From Candidatus Latescibacterota bacterium (GTDB taxonomy: Bacteria; Latescibacterota; UBA2968; UBA8231), in assembly GCA_964291625.2 (NCBI GenBank), contig OZ220089.1:4544001-4608000 (forward strand): DNA of 64,000 nucleotides, read 5' to 3'. Of this stretch, positions 48,403-58,328 are shown one piece after another; positions within the stretch are counted from its first letter, which is position 1, and the number at the start of each line of letters is the position of its first letter. The translations under genes were made by a program, and so were the position numbers. The notes beneath the pieces are model-generated. The model made no database searches, was not told where the DNA came from, and saw only the letters and a list, made by a program, of their open reading frames with translations.

Positions 48403-49496
48403 AGGTAGAAGACCAGGCCCCAGGTGAGGTCGAGGACGATGATCGCGAAGATCGACGAGACCACCGAGGAGGTGGTCGCCGCCCCGACGCCGGCGGCGCC
48501 GCCTCCCGCCCGCAGGCCCCGGTAGACGGAGACGACGGTGATGATCCAGGCGAAGGAGAGGGACTTCACCAGGCCGGTGAGGACGTCCTTCAGCAGCAGG
48601 GCGCTCTGCACCCGCCCGGCGAAGGCGGCGGGCGAGATGTCGAGGGAGAGGACCCCCGTCACCGTACCGCCCAGGAGACCGACGAAGTCGGCGGCGATCG
48701 TCAGCAGGGGAAGGGTGAGGAGCATGGCCCACATCTTCGGCACGGCCACGAGCCGCAGCGGGTCTAGGGCCATGGTGCGCAGGGCGTCGATCTCCTCGTT
48801 GAACTTCATCGAGGCGATCTCGGCGGCGAAGGCCGACCCCGAGCGTCCGGCGATGACGATCGCCGTCATCAGCGGGCCCAGCTCGCGGGTGATGCCGATG
48901 GACAGGAGATCGGCCACCAGCACGTTGGCCCCGAAGCGGCGCAGCTGGGCCGCCGCCTGCAGGGTGGAGACGCCCCCCACCAGGAAGAGGATGACGGCGA
49001 CGATGGGCAGACCATCCGCTCCGACGACGGCGGCCTGACGGACGGAGTCCCCGCGGCGAACGCCCCGGCGCCGCAGGAGGGCGGAGCCCGCGGCCCAGGT
49101 CAGGTCGGAGGCGAGGTAGAGGAAATCGAGAATCCCCTGGAACGCGTCCAGGGACCGTTCCCCGAGGCGCTCGAGGGGTCCCATCTCCCTCACCGCGGCG
49201 CCGTCGCCGGCCGGCCCGGGGCCCGCGCCGACACTCTCGATCATGGCCTGCACCGATGCCGGCGCCGCGGCCAGATGCAGCCCGCGTCCGGCCTCGGATG
49301 CCAGGGAGGGCAGGCGCCGCAGCCACACGGCGCCCACCGTGTCGAGGCGGGTGATCCCCGACAGGTCGGCGGTCAGCTCGGCGTGCGGGCTCTTGCGGAG
49401 GAGCAGCCGGACCTGACGGGACCCCGCCGCCACCGAGTCCACGGTGCAGGCCCCGGTGATGCGGAGGCGGCCGCCGGCATCGGGCTGCACGTCCAC
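48399..49496 (-). CDS. mlaE: MCE-system permease (MlaE) with N-terminal STAS domain
   Basis: STAS segment DLSGITRLDTVG. Permease motifs RELGPLMTAIVIAGRSGSAFAAEIASMK..EEIDAL and GVGAATTSSVV. Confidence 0.92.
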   Translation of the reverse strand: MDVQPDAGGRLRITGACTVDSVAAGSRQVRLLLRKSPHAELTADLSGITRLDTVGAVWLRRLPSLASEAGRGLHLAAAPASVQAMIESVGAGPGPAGDGAAVREMGPLERLGERSLDAFQGILDFLYLASDLTWAAGSALLRRRGVRRGDSVRQAAVVGADGLPIVAVILFLVGGVSTLQAAAQLRRFGANVLVADLLSIGITRELGPLMTAIVIAGRSGSAFAAEIASMKFNEEIDALRTMALDPLRLVAVPKMWAMLLTLPLLTIAADFVGLLGGTVTGVLSLDISPAAFAGRVQSALLLKDVLTGLVKSLSFAWIITVVSVYRGLRAGGGAAGVGAATTSSVVSSIFAIIVLDLTWGLVFYL

Positions 49497-49500
49497 GGTG

Positions 49501-51015
49501 TCAGAACAGCCGGGAGAAGCGCAGCAGGACCTGCTCGCGGGCCGCCAGCCGGCGCAGCCCCTGCGTCCGCTCGAGGTCGGCGATGATGTCGAGGTTGATG
49601 AAGCTCGTCAGGGCGATGCGCAGGCGGTTCTCCCAGGTGAAGAACCACTCCTGCGAGTCCCGCGAGCTCAGGAGGATGTCGAACTCCGAGTCGAGGCTGA
49701 CCAGCCTCGACAGGCGGGCGTCGAGGATCACCAGGGCCTCGACGCCGGAGGTGGAGGAGCTCTTGAACTCGGTGGCCCTCACGGGATTCGAGTTGGTGCT
49801 GATCTCGTAGAAGTCCTTGTACAGCTCCTGGAGCGATCCGACGCCCAGCCGCAGGTCGGTGTTCAGGGCGAAATACCGGAAGACCCGGGAGTTGATGCCG
49901 ATGCCCTCGCGGAAGGTGATCGGCGAGAACGAGGGCGCTGTCGTGAGTATCGTGATCCCGCGAAGGGTGTCGACGCGGCCGCTCCTCGACGTCCGGATCA
50001 CGTCGCGAGGCATACGGAAGCGCGTTTCCGAGGGGAAGACGTTCGAGTTGACCACGCCGCGCAGGTAGGGACCGATACGGGGCGACAATCGGAAGATGTA
50101 GGTGGCTCGCCCCTCGGCGCGGTCGATGCCCTTCTGCAGCTCGTGGTCTTCCTGCCAGTTGGCGCCCTGCTCCACCAGGAGCCGGAGGCTGGCGAAGTGG
50201 CGGTCGGTGTTGTAGCGCGTGTGATTGAAGAGCTGGAAGACCAGGTTGGCGCTCGTCAGGTTGTCGCCTGCCGTCTGCTGCGAGGTATTCATCCGGACGG
50301 AGCCGGAGACCTCGGTCTGGGCGAGGAGGGCGTCGGTGGCGCGGGGCACCAGGGCATGCAGCACCGGACGCTGGTAGAAGGAGGTGAACTCCCCCGACTC
50401 GCTGTCGTATACGAGGTTGCGCCGAGTGACGACGCCCGGCAGCAACTGCACGCTGAACTTGTCGATGGTGGCGAAGGAGCCGCCGAGGCGCACGACGCTG
50501 TAGACCCCGGGCCGCAGGATCCAGGTGCGCACCCGTTCGCCGCGCTCCTCCTCGATGCCGAAGCCGGGTCCGTAGCTCTCGCCGCTCTCGTCGAATATCT
50601 CGTAGCTCTCGTTGACCGAGGTCCGCGTCCGGTCGATGACGTCGATGACCAGGGCCGACCAGGTCGGCTTCAGCAGCGTCGTCTCGCCCTCGAAGATCGG
50701 CACGTCCTTGCGGATCAGCTGCGAGAGGTTCCCGGAGCCGAACCGGATCTGGTACATCCCGGGGTCGAGGGGCAGGCCGCGCCCCGGCGACGCGGAGCGC
50801 ACCTCGCGGCCGTCGCGGAAGACCTGGAACTTGGGTTCGTTGCCGATGGGCAGGGTCATGGTGGGGATGAAGAGCATCCCCTTGCCCTTGGGCAGCAGGG
50901 CCGGATCGCGCGCCAGTTGGGCGTGAGGCGAGGCGGCGGACCAGGTGCTCTCGTCCGCGGCGGCGGCCATGGCCAGGGCGAGGAGGAGGGCTCCAGCCAG
51001 CGGGGTGCGCACCAT
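49501..51015 (-). CDS. Uncharacterised exported protein, predicted periplasmic beta-sandwiches + C-terminal outer-membrane beta-barrel
   Basis: Signal peptide MVRTPLAGALLLALAMAAAA. Two related segments LDPGMYQIRFG and ILRPGVYSVVRLG. Amphipathic strands (FTWENRLRIAL, INLDIIADL) and a C-terminal VLLRFSRLF. Confidence 0.7.
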   Translation of the reverse strand: MVRTPLAGALLLALAMAAAADESTWSAASPHAQLARDPALLPKGKGMLFIPTMTLPIGNEPKFQVFRDGREVRSASPGRGLPLDPGMYQIRFGSGNLSQLIRKDVPIFEGETTLLKPTWSALVIDVIDRTRTSVNESYEIFDESGESYGPGFGIEEERGERVRTWILRPGVYSVVRLGGSFATIDKFSVQLLPGVVTRRNLVYDSESGEFTSFYQRPVLHALVPRATDALLAQTEVSGSVRMNTSQQTAGDNLTSANLVFQLFNHTRYNTDRHFASLRLLVEQGANWQEDHELQKGIDRAEGRATYIFRLSPRIGPYLRGVVNSNVFPSETRFRMPRDVIRTSRSGRVDTLRGITILTTAPSFSPITFREGIGINSRVFRYFALNTDLRLGVGSLQELYKDFYEISTNSNPVRATEFKSSSTSGVEALVILDARLSRLVSLDSEFDILLSSRDSQEWFFTWENRLRIALTSFINLDIIADLERTQGLRRLAAREQVLLRFSRLF

Positions 51016-51809
51016 CAGTCCCCCTGCGGCGCCGGTTTCCCGGGCATCACGACGTAGTCCTCGGTCTCCCGTGGCACCTCCTCCGCCCGCTCCCCGGTCG
51101 AGCCGGCGGAGCCGTTCCCGTTCTCCTGGTGCAGCAGCCCCGCCAGGTCGCGGCCCTCGGCGCTGGCCTTGCGGATCAACAGGGCCCGGTCGAGGGAGCG
51201 CACGGCATCGATCATGGTCTGACGCAGGATCTGGTTCATCCCCTGCACGGTGTAGACCATGTCCCGTTCGAAGATCTCCACTTCCTTCGGATCGAACCGG
51301 TGCTGCCAGAAGATCCGGCCCTCGCCGTCCACCAGTTGCAGCGAGCCGTCGAGGCGCGCCCACCAGCGGTCGCCGGAGTCGAAGCGCTCGATGGCGTCGA
51401 TCGTCCCGGTGAGAGTGAACTCCGGCGCCTCGTCGAGGAAGTCCGGCCGGAAGTCGGTGAACAGGTTCGCCGTCCGCAGGTAGCCGGCGACGGCGTTGGT
51501 GATCATCTCGCTCGGACGGACGGCCCAGAGGTTGTAGCGGTCGTCCCGGATCTCCTCCGGGGAGAGGCGGAAGATGATCTGATCGCGCTCGTAGAACTTG
51601 GCGATGGCGAAGCGCTCGATCTGCACCTTCAGCTCGTAGGGGCGTTCGGAGAGGGGCAGGTTCAGGCCCAGGGACTTCTCCTGGATGATGAACTTGCGGC
51701 GGTCGGGGACCTCGGCCTTGCCCGCCAAGAGGCTCGAGCAGCCGCTGCCCCCCAGCGCCGCCAGAAGGGCCGCCGCAGCCACCGCCGGCATGGACCGGAT
51801 CGGACTCAC
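51015..51809 (-). CDS. ABC-type transport auxiliary lipoprotein (PqiC-like)
   Basis: Lipoprotein signal ending GSGC. YERDQIIFR...YNLWAVRPSEMI..LTGTIDAIE matches the PqiC pattern. Confidence 0.8.
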   Translation of the reverse strand: MSPIRSMPAVAAAALLAALGGSGCSSLLAGKAEVPDRRKFIIQEKSLGLNLPLSERPYELKVQIERFAIAKFYERDQIIFRLSPEEIRDDRYNLWAVRPSEMITNAVAGYLRTANLFTDFRPDFLDEAPEFTLTGTIDAIERFDSGDRWWARLDGSLQLVDGEGRIFWQHRFDPKEVEIFERDMVYTVQGMNQILRQTMIDAVRSLDRALLIRKASAEGRDLAGLLHQENGNGSAGSTGERAEEVPRETEDYVVMPGKPAPQGD

Positions 51810-52777
51810 GGGTCGGTCCTTCCGCGAAGCAGCACGGCGGGGTTCTCGCGGATCAGCTCGGTGGCCTGGCGCACGTTGAGGAGCGTCTCCTCCAGGCTCT
51901 GCATGGCGTCGAGGATGTTCTTGCGGCTCTGCAGGACGGTGCGGTCCACGTGGGTCACGGTGGCGTCGATGGTGCCCGTCATCTGGTGCAGGCTGGCCAG
52001 CAGCTCGGGCACGGGGCCTTCGAGATGCTCGCGCAAGACACGGACCGACCGGCCGAGGTCGCGCAGGGCGGTGCGCGTCTCCTCGGCGGAGGTGAGGACC
52101 CGCACCGAGTCCATGGTGGCGCGCATGGAGGCGGTGGTGGCGGCGAGGTTGTCGGTGACGCGGGCGAGGTTGGCGACCGTCTCCCCGAGGTCGCCGCTGC
52201 TGTCGGTGATCAGGGTGTTGGTGCTCTCCATCAGCTCCGAGCCGGCCTCGATCATCCGCCCCAGGCGGCGCTGGTTCTGCTCCGCCGTCATGGCCGTGAG
52301 GTTGGTCAGCAGGTCCTCGATGCGCACCATGAGCACCTCGGCCCGTTCCTCCATGTTCGACAGGAAGGTCGCCCTCGCCGGCAGCACCTCACCCGGCTCG
52401 AGAAGCGGCGCATCGGGGGATCCGGAGCTCAGCTCGATGTACTTCAGGCCGGTCACGCCCTGGCTGTAGAGCCGGGCCTGCGTGTCGGCGCGGATCAGGT
52501 TGGGGACCTTGCGGGCCTCGAGGGAGATCTCCACGAGGACGACGCCGATCTCCTCGGGCGAGACCCGCGTGTCCTCCACGCGCCCGACGGTGATGCCCTG
52601 GTACTTGACGGGATCACCGGCCGACAGACCGCCGACGGACTCGTCGAACTCGATGTAGTAGATCACCCGCTTCTGCAGCAACTGGGACCCGGCCACCACG
52701 AGAAGGAAGCCGGCCAGAACGCTGAAGGAGAAGACGAGAAAGAGGGCGAGACGGACTCTCTGTGCCCGGGTAGCCAT
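51806..52777 (-). CDS. mlaD: MCE (MlaD) family protein with long helical extension
   Basis: N-terminal TM helix. FDESVGGLSAGDPVKYQGITVGRV and QGVTGLKYIEL, then about 180 aa of helical sequence ending IRENPAVLLRG. Confidence 0.9.
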   Translation of the reverse strand: MATRAQRVRLALFLVFSFSVLAGFLLVVAGSQLLQKRVIYYIEFDESVGGLSAGDPVKYQGITVGRVEDTRVSPEEIGVVLVEISLEARKVPNLIRADTQARLYSQGVTGLKYIELSSGSPDAPLLEPGEVLPARATFLSNMEERAEVLMVRIEDLLTNLTAMTAEQNQRRLGRMIEAGSELMESTNTLITDSSGDLGETVANLARVTDNLAATTASMRATMDSVRVLTSAEETRTALRDLGRSVRVLREHLEGPVPELLASLHQMTGTIDATVTHVDRTVLQSRKNILDAMQSLEETLLNVRQATELIRENPAVLLRGRTDP

Positions 52778-52906
52778 GCGCTCGGGGGGTGCGGGCTGGG
52801 TCAGGGAGGAGTCCGCCGGGGGGAGCGGCCTCCGCCAATATGCGGAATCGTCCGCGTATCCGCCACCGCTGGGTGCGGTTCCCGGCCCCGCGGGCGGAGG
52901 CGCCGC

Positions 52907-53821
52907 CTAGGCAGAGGCGGGTTGGATCACCCTGAGGGCCTGGTGCTCGACGCGCAGGACGGCCGGGGTCTCGCACAGACGCTCGCCGTCGGCGCGCAGG
53001 GACATGGGAACCCCGTCGAGGGCCTCGATCTCCACCCAGGAGGAGCGCAGCATGCGCACCGCGCCGGAGCGCAAGTGGCCGCCCCGGAAGATCCTGGGAA
53101 CCAGGGCGAGCACCTCGCGGGGGGAGATGCTGCCGTCCACCAGGCAGAGATCCAGCCGTCCGTCCGTCGGGTCGGCTCCCGGGCAGATGCGCATGCCGCC
53201 GCCGTAGGACGGGGTGTTGCCCGCGGCCGCGAGGAAGACCTCCTGCTCGCGCACCCCGAACTCGCCCCGGAGACGCACCGCGGCGGGGCGGTACCCCCGC
53301 AGGTGCCGGAGGGCGGTGTACAGGTATCCGGCCGTTCCGGGGAACGGCGAACCGCCTTCGGCCATCTCCTCGCCGACCTCCGCGTCGAAACCGAAGGAGG
53401 CCACCGTGGCGAAGCGATGACCGCCGCAGCGTCCCAGGTCGATCGGCCGCGGCCGGCCCTCGAGAAGCACCCGCAGGGCCGGCTTCAGGCGGACCGGGAT
53501 CCCGAGAGCGCGGGCGAGGTCGTTGCAGGTCCCGGCGGGCAGGAGTCCGAGGCTACGGTCCCGGCCGGCCAGCTCCGGCAGCACCTCCGCCACGGTCCCG
53601 TCGCCGCCGCAGACGACGACCACGGCGGAGCCGCGGTCCCGGGCGGCGGCGGCCAGCTCCCGGGCCTGCCCCCGCCGTTGCGTCCAGTCGAGGGAGACCT
53701 CCAGGCCGGCCCGGAGCAGGCGCCGCCGGCCGCGCTCCGCCGCCCGCGCGCCCCGCCCCCCGCCCGCCGCGGGATTCGCGATCAAGGTCCAGGCTCCACC
53801 CCAGCGGTCCGGAGGGGTCAT
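52907..53821 (-). CDS. Diacylglycerol/lipid kinase family protein (YegS/DagK-like)
   Basis: ANPAAGGG, CGGDGT..EV, LPAGTCNDLARALG, FGFDA, GNTPSYGGG, DGRLD and ADGE. GGAGG RBS. Confidence 0.92.
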   Translation of the reverse strand: MTPPDRWGGAWTLIANPAAGGGRGARAAERGRRRLLRAGLEVSLDWTQRRGQARELAAAARDRGSAVVVVCGGDGTVAEVLPELAGRDRSLGLLPAGTCNDLARALGIPVRLKPALRVLLEGRPRPIDLGRCGGHRFATVASFGFDAEVGEEMAEGGSPFPGTAGYLYTALRHLRGYRPAAVRLRGEFGVREQEVFLAAAGNTPSYGGGMRICPGADPTDGRLDLCLVDGSISPREVLALVPRIFRGGHLRSGAVRMLRSSWVEIEALDGVPMSLRADGERLCETPAVLRVEHQALRVIQPASA

Positions 53822-54041
53822 TTCAGCCTCCGGGGACACGGCGTACACTTGGGCTCATGGAAGATGGACCTGGCAGCTCGGGGGCCTCGGGCCGTCCCGA
53901 GCCGGATCGAGAGGCTCTGCGCCGGCGGGTGCGGCATCCCTACATCACCCGGCAGGAGCCGCGGCGGCAGGCCGATGACGAGGATCGCGGCGAGGGGGAA
54001 GAGGGCCGATCCACGCCGGCCGGCTGACGCCGCCCGTCTCC

Positions 54042-54070
54042 TTGTTCGGCCGCAACCATATCCATAACAT
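54042..54070 (+). promoter_or_regulatory. Possible sigma70 promoter for the ElbD-like operon
   Basis: TTGTTC, 17-nt spacer, TAACAT in an AT-rich patch 60 nt before ATG 54131. Confidence 0.35.
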
Positions 54071-54130
54071 ACAGATTCCACGGAGAGTTAGGTCCTCCTT
54101 CCCCTCCCGTCCCACGGCCCTCCACGTCCC

Positions 54131-57100
54131 ATGATCCGCAAGTACTACACGGACCGAAGTCTGTTGATCACCGGCGGCACGGGGTTCGTCGGCCAGGCGC
54201 TGCTGGCCAAGATCCTGCGCGACCTCGGGGACGAGGTCCGCCTCGTCTACCTGCTGATCCGGCCCCGCCGCCGGCCCGACGGCCGCGAGATCTCGCCCTC
54301 CGAGCGCCTCCAGGAGCTCTACGGGACCGCCCTCTTCCAGTGGGTCGCCGAGGCCGACCCCGGACGCTGGGAGCGCCTGCGCCGTAAGGTCGTCCCCGTG
54401 GCCATCGACGAGCGCCAGCCCGACCTCGGGTTGTCCACCGAGGACCGGCAGCGCCTCACGGCGGAGGTCGACACGATCTTCAACAGCGCCGCCACCGTCG
54501 TCTTCGATGAACCTCTGGACGTGGCGCTCCAGGCCAATGTCGGGGGGCCGATGGCCCTGATCGATCTCGCCCGGGCCTCCGGGCGGCGCGTCGACTTCGT
54601 CCACGTCTCCACCGCCTACGTCAACGGCAGGCGCCAGGGGACGATCCCCGACGAGCCCCTGCCCGTCGACAGCGACATGCGCCGGGTCATCGACGGCGGC
54701 GGACCCGGCTTCGATCCGGTGAGCGAGGTGGCGGACTGCCGCGCCGCCTGCCGCCGCCTTCGGGAGGAAGCCGCCGAGGAGGGGTTCACGCGGCGGCTGA
54801 AGCGCGAGGTAATCCGCGAGTACGGGAAGTCCCGCAGCGGCAAGCTGACGCCCGACCGGTTGGAGCAGCTCGTCGAGGACCGCCGGGACCGCTGGGTCCG
54901 GGGAGAGCTGGTAGCCGAGGGCATGCGCCGAGCCCGCGAGCACGGGTGGAACGACGTCTACACCTATACCAAAGCCATGGGCGAGCAGGTGCTCACCCTG
55001 CGGCGAGGGGACGTGCCGGTCGTGGTCGTGCGTCCCAGCATCATCGAGAGCAGTCTCGCCGATCCGGAACCCGGCTGGATCACGGGCCTGAAGGTGATGG
55101 ACCCCCTGCTGGTCGCCTACGGCCGGGGACTGGTGCCCGACTTTCCCGCGCGGCCGGAGATCGTCCTCGACGTGATCCCGGTGGACAAGGTGGTCAACGC
55201 CACCATCGCCGCCGCGGTGCGCGCGCGGCCAGAGGCCGTGGAGGTCTTCCAGGCGGCGACGGGCACCGAGAACCCGGTGCGTGTGAGCTCCCTCTTCGAC
55301 AGCGTGCGCGCCCACTTCCGGCGGTCGCCCATGCCGGACCGCGACGGCCGCTGTCCGTCGCTGCCCGATTGGCGCTATCCCAGCCTGCGCCTCTTCCGGT
55401 TCATATTCCGGCTCCGGTACCTGGGTCCGCTCCGGCTCCGCGAGCGGCTCCTCGAGCTGCCGGGCCGTTCGCCGCGCCCCCGGCAGCGGCGGCTCCTGGC
55501 GACGGCCCGGATCCGGCTGCAGCGGGTGCTCTACTACGTGGAGATCTACCACCCGTACACCCACCTCGACTGCCGCTTCGAGACCGGCCGCACCCGGGCG
55601 CTGTACGAGTCGCTGCCGCCGGACGAGCGCGCCACCTTCGACATGGACGTGACCGCCATCGACTGGCACGGGTACGTCTCCGGAATCCACCTGCCAGGCC
55701 TGCGGCGCCACGTGCTGCGCGAGGAGAGCGCCGTGGAGGCGGCGCTGCCGGAGCCTCCCGGGGAGCCGGGGGCCGAGGAGGAGCGTCTGCGGGCCGAGCG
55801 CGAGATCGCCACCCTGCCGGACCTGCTGCGCTGGGCCTGCGCCCGCCACGCCGGGCGCGTCGCCTTCGAGGCCCGCCGCGGCGGCCGCTGGCGGAAGATC
55901 ACCTACGCCGACCTGCTGCAGCGCGTGGAGGAGCGCGCCGGCCGCTGGCAGGGACTCGGCCTCGGCGTGGGGGACCGCGTCCTGCTGGCCGGGGAGAACG
56001 GCCCCGAGTGGGTCGTCTCCTACATGGCCTGTTCCTTCCTCGGCGCCGCTGTCCTGCCCGTGGACCCGCAGACGCCGGGGGAGGAGGCGGAACGGATGGC
56101 CGCCTTCTCCGAGGCCCGGGCCATGGTGGCCGATGCCGCGTTCCTCGCCCGGGTCGCCCCGGCTGCGGTCCGCACCCGGATCGACCTGCCCTCCGGCGAT
56201 CCCCTGGATGCGGCGGAAGGGACGGGATCCGTCTTCCGGGAGCCGGAGATCGACTGGGATCGGGAGGCGTCCATCATCTTCACCTCCGGCACCCGGGTCG
56301 AGCCCCGGGGGGTGGTCCTGACCCACGGCAACCTGATCTCCGATCTACTGGCCCTGGGGGAGCTGCAGCGCGTGCACGACACCGACCGCATCCTGTCCCT
56401 GTTGCCGCTCCACCACGGCCTCGAGTTCACCGGGGTCCTGCTCATGTCCCTGTGGAGCGGGGCCTCGACCATCTACCTAGACGGTCCTCTCAACAGCCGC
56501 AACATCCTGGAGGCCATCCGGGACCGCGGCATCACCGCCATGCTCGCGGTGCCGCGCATCCTGAAGATCCTGGCGGATCGGGTGCAGCGTCTGGACACGA
56601 GGGCGGAGGGGGGGCGGTCGCCCGACATCGACGTGCTTCGGCAACTGCGCCTGATCGTCTCCGGAGGCGCGCCCCTCGGCGAGACGCTGTTCGACACCTA
56701 CCGCGGTCTCGGCCTCACGGTGTACGAGGGCTACGGGCTGACCGAGACCTCCCCCATCGTCACCGTCAATCCTCGGGGCGGGGCCCGCCGCGGCTCCGTG
56801 GGCGTCGCCCTGCCCTGCGTCGAGCTGCGCATCGACGCTCCCCTCGGGCACGACGGCGAGATCCTGGTCTCGGGGCCGTCGGTCACCGCGGGGTACCTGA
56901 ACCGCCCGGACCTGACCGCCGAGGTCCTGCGGGACGGCTGGCTGCACACCGGCGACGTGGGTCACATGGACGAGGACGGCTACCTGTTCATCACCGGCCG
57001 GCGGCGGGCCCTGATCGTCACCGGCGGCGCCAAGAACGTGTATCCCGACGAGGTGGAGGATCTCTACGGGGGCCTGCCGCACACGGCCGAGCTGGCCGTC

Positions 57101-58324
57101 GTCGGCCTGCCGTCGGCGCGCACCCTCGGCGAAGAGGTGCACGGCGTCGTCGTCCTCGATCCCCGCTCCCGGGACCTGGACCTGCCGGAGGCGGAGGAGG
57201 AGATCCGGCAACGGGCCTATGCCCTTTCCCGCGACCTGCCGGCCTGGCAGCGGATCGCCCGGCTGCACATCCAGCGTCGGCCCCTGCCGCGGCTCGACGA
57301 CGGCCGCGTCGACCGCAGCGCCCTGCGCGAGGACCTGGAGCGGGGAGCCCCCGAAGAGGTGGATGCCGCCGACAGCCTGGCTCCCTGGGAACGGCAGGTC
57401 TACCACCGGCTGAGCCAGTTGTCGGGGCTGGCCGTAGGAGAGATCGTGGCCCATGCCGACGCCCCTCTGGACACCGTGATCGACTCGCTCATGGCGGTCG
57501 AACTGGCGGCCTCCCTGCAGGAGGCCGGGGCCGGACAGGTGACCATCGACCGCGAGCGGACCACCCTGCGCCGGCTCCTCGACGAGGTGGGGCCGGGTCT
57601 GACCCTGGCGGAGTCCGAGGCGGAGGGCTACTGGTCCTCCGTGCTCCGCCGCCCGGGATCGGTGGCGCGCAGCGGGAGATCGGCCTTGGGCACGGCCGCG
57701 TCCAAGGTGTTGAGAGCCGCCTTGCAGGTGGAGGTGGACGGCGCCGGGGGCCTGCCCGAGGGACCCTTCCTCCTGGCCGCCAGCCGCCCCGGCCCGGCCG
57801 CCGCCGCGGCGGTCTTCGCCGCCTTGAGGCCCGAGTTCGACGGGCTCTGTCTGCTCGTGGAGCGGCAGGACGCCATCGGGGGCCGGTGGGAGTCCCGGTT
57901 GTGCCGCTGGTTCGCCGAACTCGTAACCCTCTCGGGGCCGGCCGGCCTGCCGCGGGCCCTGGAGGAGGCGGCGGCACGCATCGGCCGGCGCCGGCCCCTG
58001 CTGCTGTTCCCCGAGGGTGCGCCCCGTCCCTCCGCCGTCGGCGCTTACAGGCCGGGCATAGGTCTCCTGGCCCTGGAGCTGGACCTCCCGGTGGTTCCGG
58101 TCCGGGTCGATCTCGCCGGCGCCCGCAGCGACAGCCCCCGCCGCGCCCGGGTGCGCCTCGGCGCCGCCGTCGAAGCCGGCTCGTTCCGGTCCCTGCTGGA
58201 GCGCCTGACCCCTTACGAAGTCTACCGGGAGATCGCCGAGTCCCTCCGCCGGAGCATCGTCGATCTCGGTGCCGGACCCCCGGCCGCCGCCGCTCCGGGT
58301 GGTGGGCCGCCTTCCGCGGACTGA
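54131..58324 (+). CDS. ElbD-like multidomain lipid enzyme: fatty acyl reductase (NAD-binding-4 + Sterile), adenylation domain, ACP, degenerate PlsC-type acyltransferase
   Basis: FAR: TGGTGFVG, NSAA.V.FD, HVSTAYV, YTYTKA.GE, VRPSII, DVIPVD and IDW..Y. Adenylation: FTSGT, LPLHH, SGGAPL, EGYGLTE, WLHTGD and NVYP.EVE. ACP: IDSL. Acyltransferase: FPEG and PVVPV. Confidence 0.88.
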   Translation: MIRKYYTDRSLLITGGTGFVGQALLAKILRDLGDEVRLVYLLIRPRRRPDGREISPSERLQELYGTALFQWVAEADPGRWERLRRKVVPVAIDERQPDLGLSTEDRQRLTAEVDTIFNSAATVVFDEPLDVALQANVGGPMALIDLARASGRRVDFVHVSTAYVNGRRQGTIPDEPLPVDSDMRRVIDGGGPGFDPVSEVADCRAACRRLREEAAEEGFTRRLKREVIREYGKSRSGKLTPDRLEQLVEDRRDRWVRGELVAEGMRRAREHGWNDVYTYTKAMGEQVLTLRRGDVPVVVVRPSIIESSLADPEPGWITGLKVMDPLLVAYGRGLVPDFPARPEIVLDVIPVDKVVNATIAAAVRARPEAVEVFQAATGTENPVRVSSLFDSVRAHFRRSPMPDRDGRCPSLPDWRYPSLRLFRFIFRLRYLGPLRLRERLLELPGRSPRPRQRRLLATARIRLQRVLYYVEIYHPYTHLDCRFETGRTRALYESLPPDERATFDMDVTAIDWHGYVSGIHLPGLRRHVLREESAVEAALPEPPGEPGAEEERLRAEREIATLPDLLRWACARHAGRVAFEARRGGRWRKITYADLLQRVEERAGRWQGLGLGVGDRVLLAGENGPEWVVSYMACSFLGAAVLPVDPQTPGEEAERMAAFSEARAMVADAAFLARVAPAAVRTRIDLPSGDPLDAAEGTGSVFREPEIDWDREASIIFTSGTRVEPRGVVLTHGNLISDLLALGELQRVHDTDRILSLLPLHHGLEFTGVLLMSLWSGASTIYLDGPLNSRNILEAIRDRGITAMLAVPRILKILADRVQRLDTRAEGGRSPDIDVLRQLRLIVSGGAPLGETLFDTYRGLGLTVYEGYGLTETSPIVTVNPRGGARRGSVGVALPCVELRIDAPLGHDGEILVSGPSVTAGYLNRPDLTAEVLRDGWLHTGDVGHMDEDGYLFITGRRRALIVTGGAKNVYPDEVEDLYGGLPHTAELAVVGLPSARTLGEEVHGVVVLDPRSRDLDLPEAEEEIRQRAYALSRDLPAWQRIARLHIQRRPLPRLDDGRVDRSALREDLERGAPEEVDAADSLAPWERQVYHRLSQLSGLAVGEIVAHADAPLDTVIDSLMAVELAASLQEAGAGQVTIDRERTTLRRLLDEVGPGLTLAESEAEGYWSSVLRRPGSVARSGRSALGTAASKVLRAALQVEVDGAGGLPEGPFLLAASRPGPAAAAAVFAALRPEFDGLCLLVERQDAIGGRWESRLCRWFAELVTLSGPAGLPRALEEAAARIGRRRPLLLFPEGAPRPSAVGAYRPGIGLLALELDLPVVPVRVDLAGARSDSPRRARVRLGAAVEAGSFRSLLERLTPYEVYREIAESLRRSIVDLGAGPPAAAAPGGGPPSAD

Positions 58325-58328
58325 ACTC

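Noticed and set aside
54131-58324. NRPS or carboxylic acid reductase (A-T-R) secondary-metabolite cluster
   Set aside because: There is no condensation or ketosynthase domain. The reductase is N-terminal and of the FAR/Sterile type, and the domain set matches lipid enzymes of the ElbD kind.
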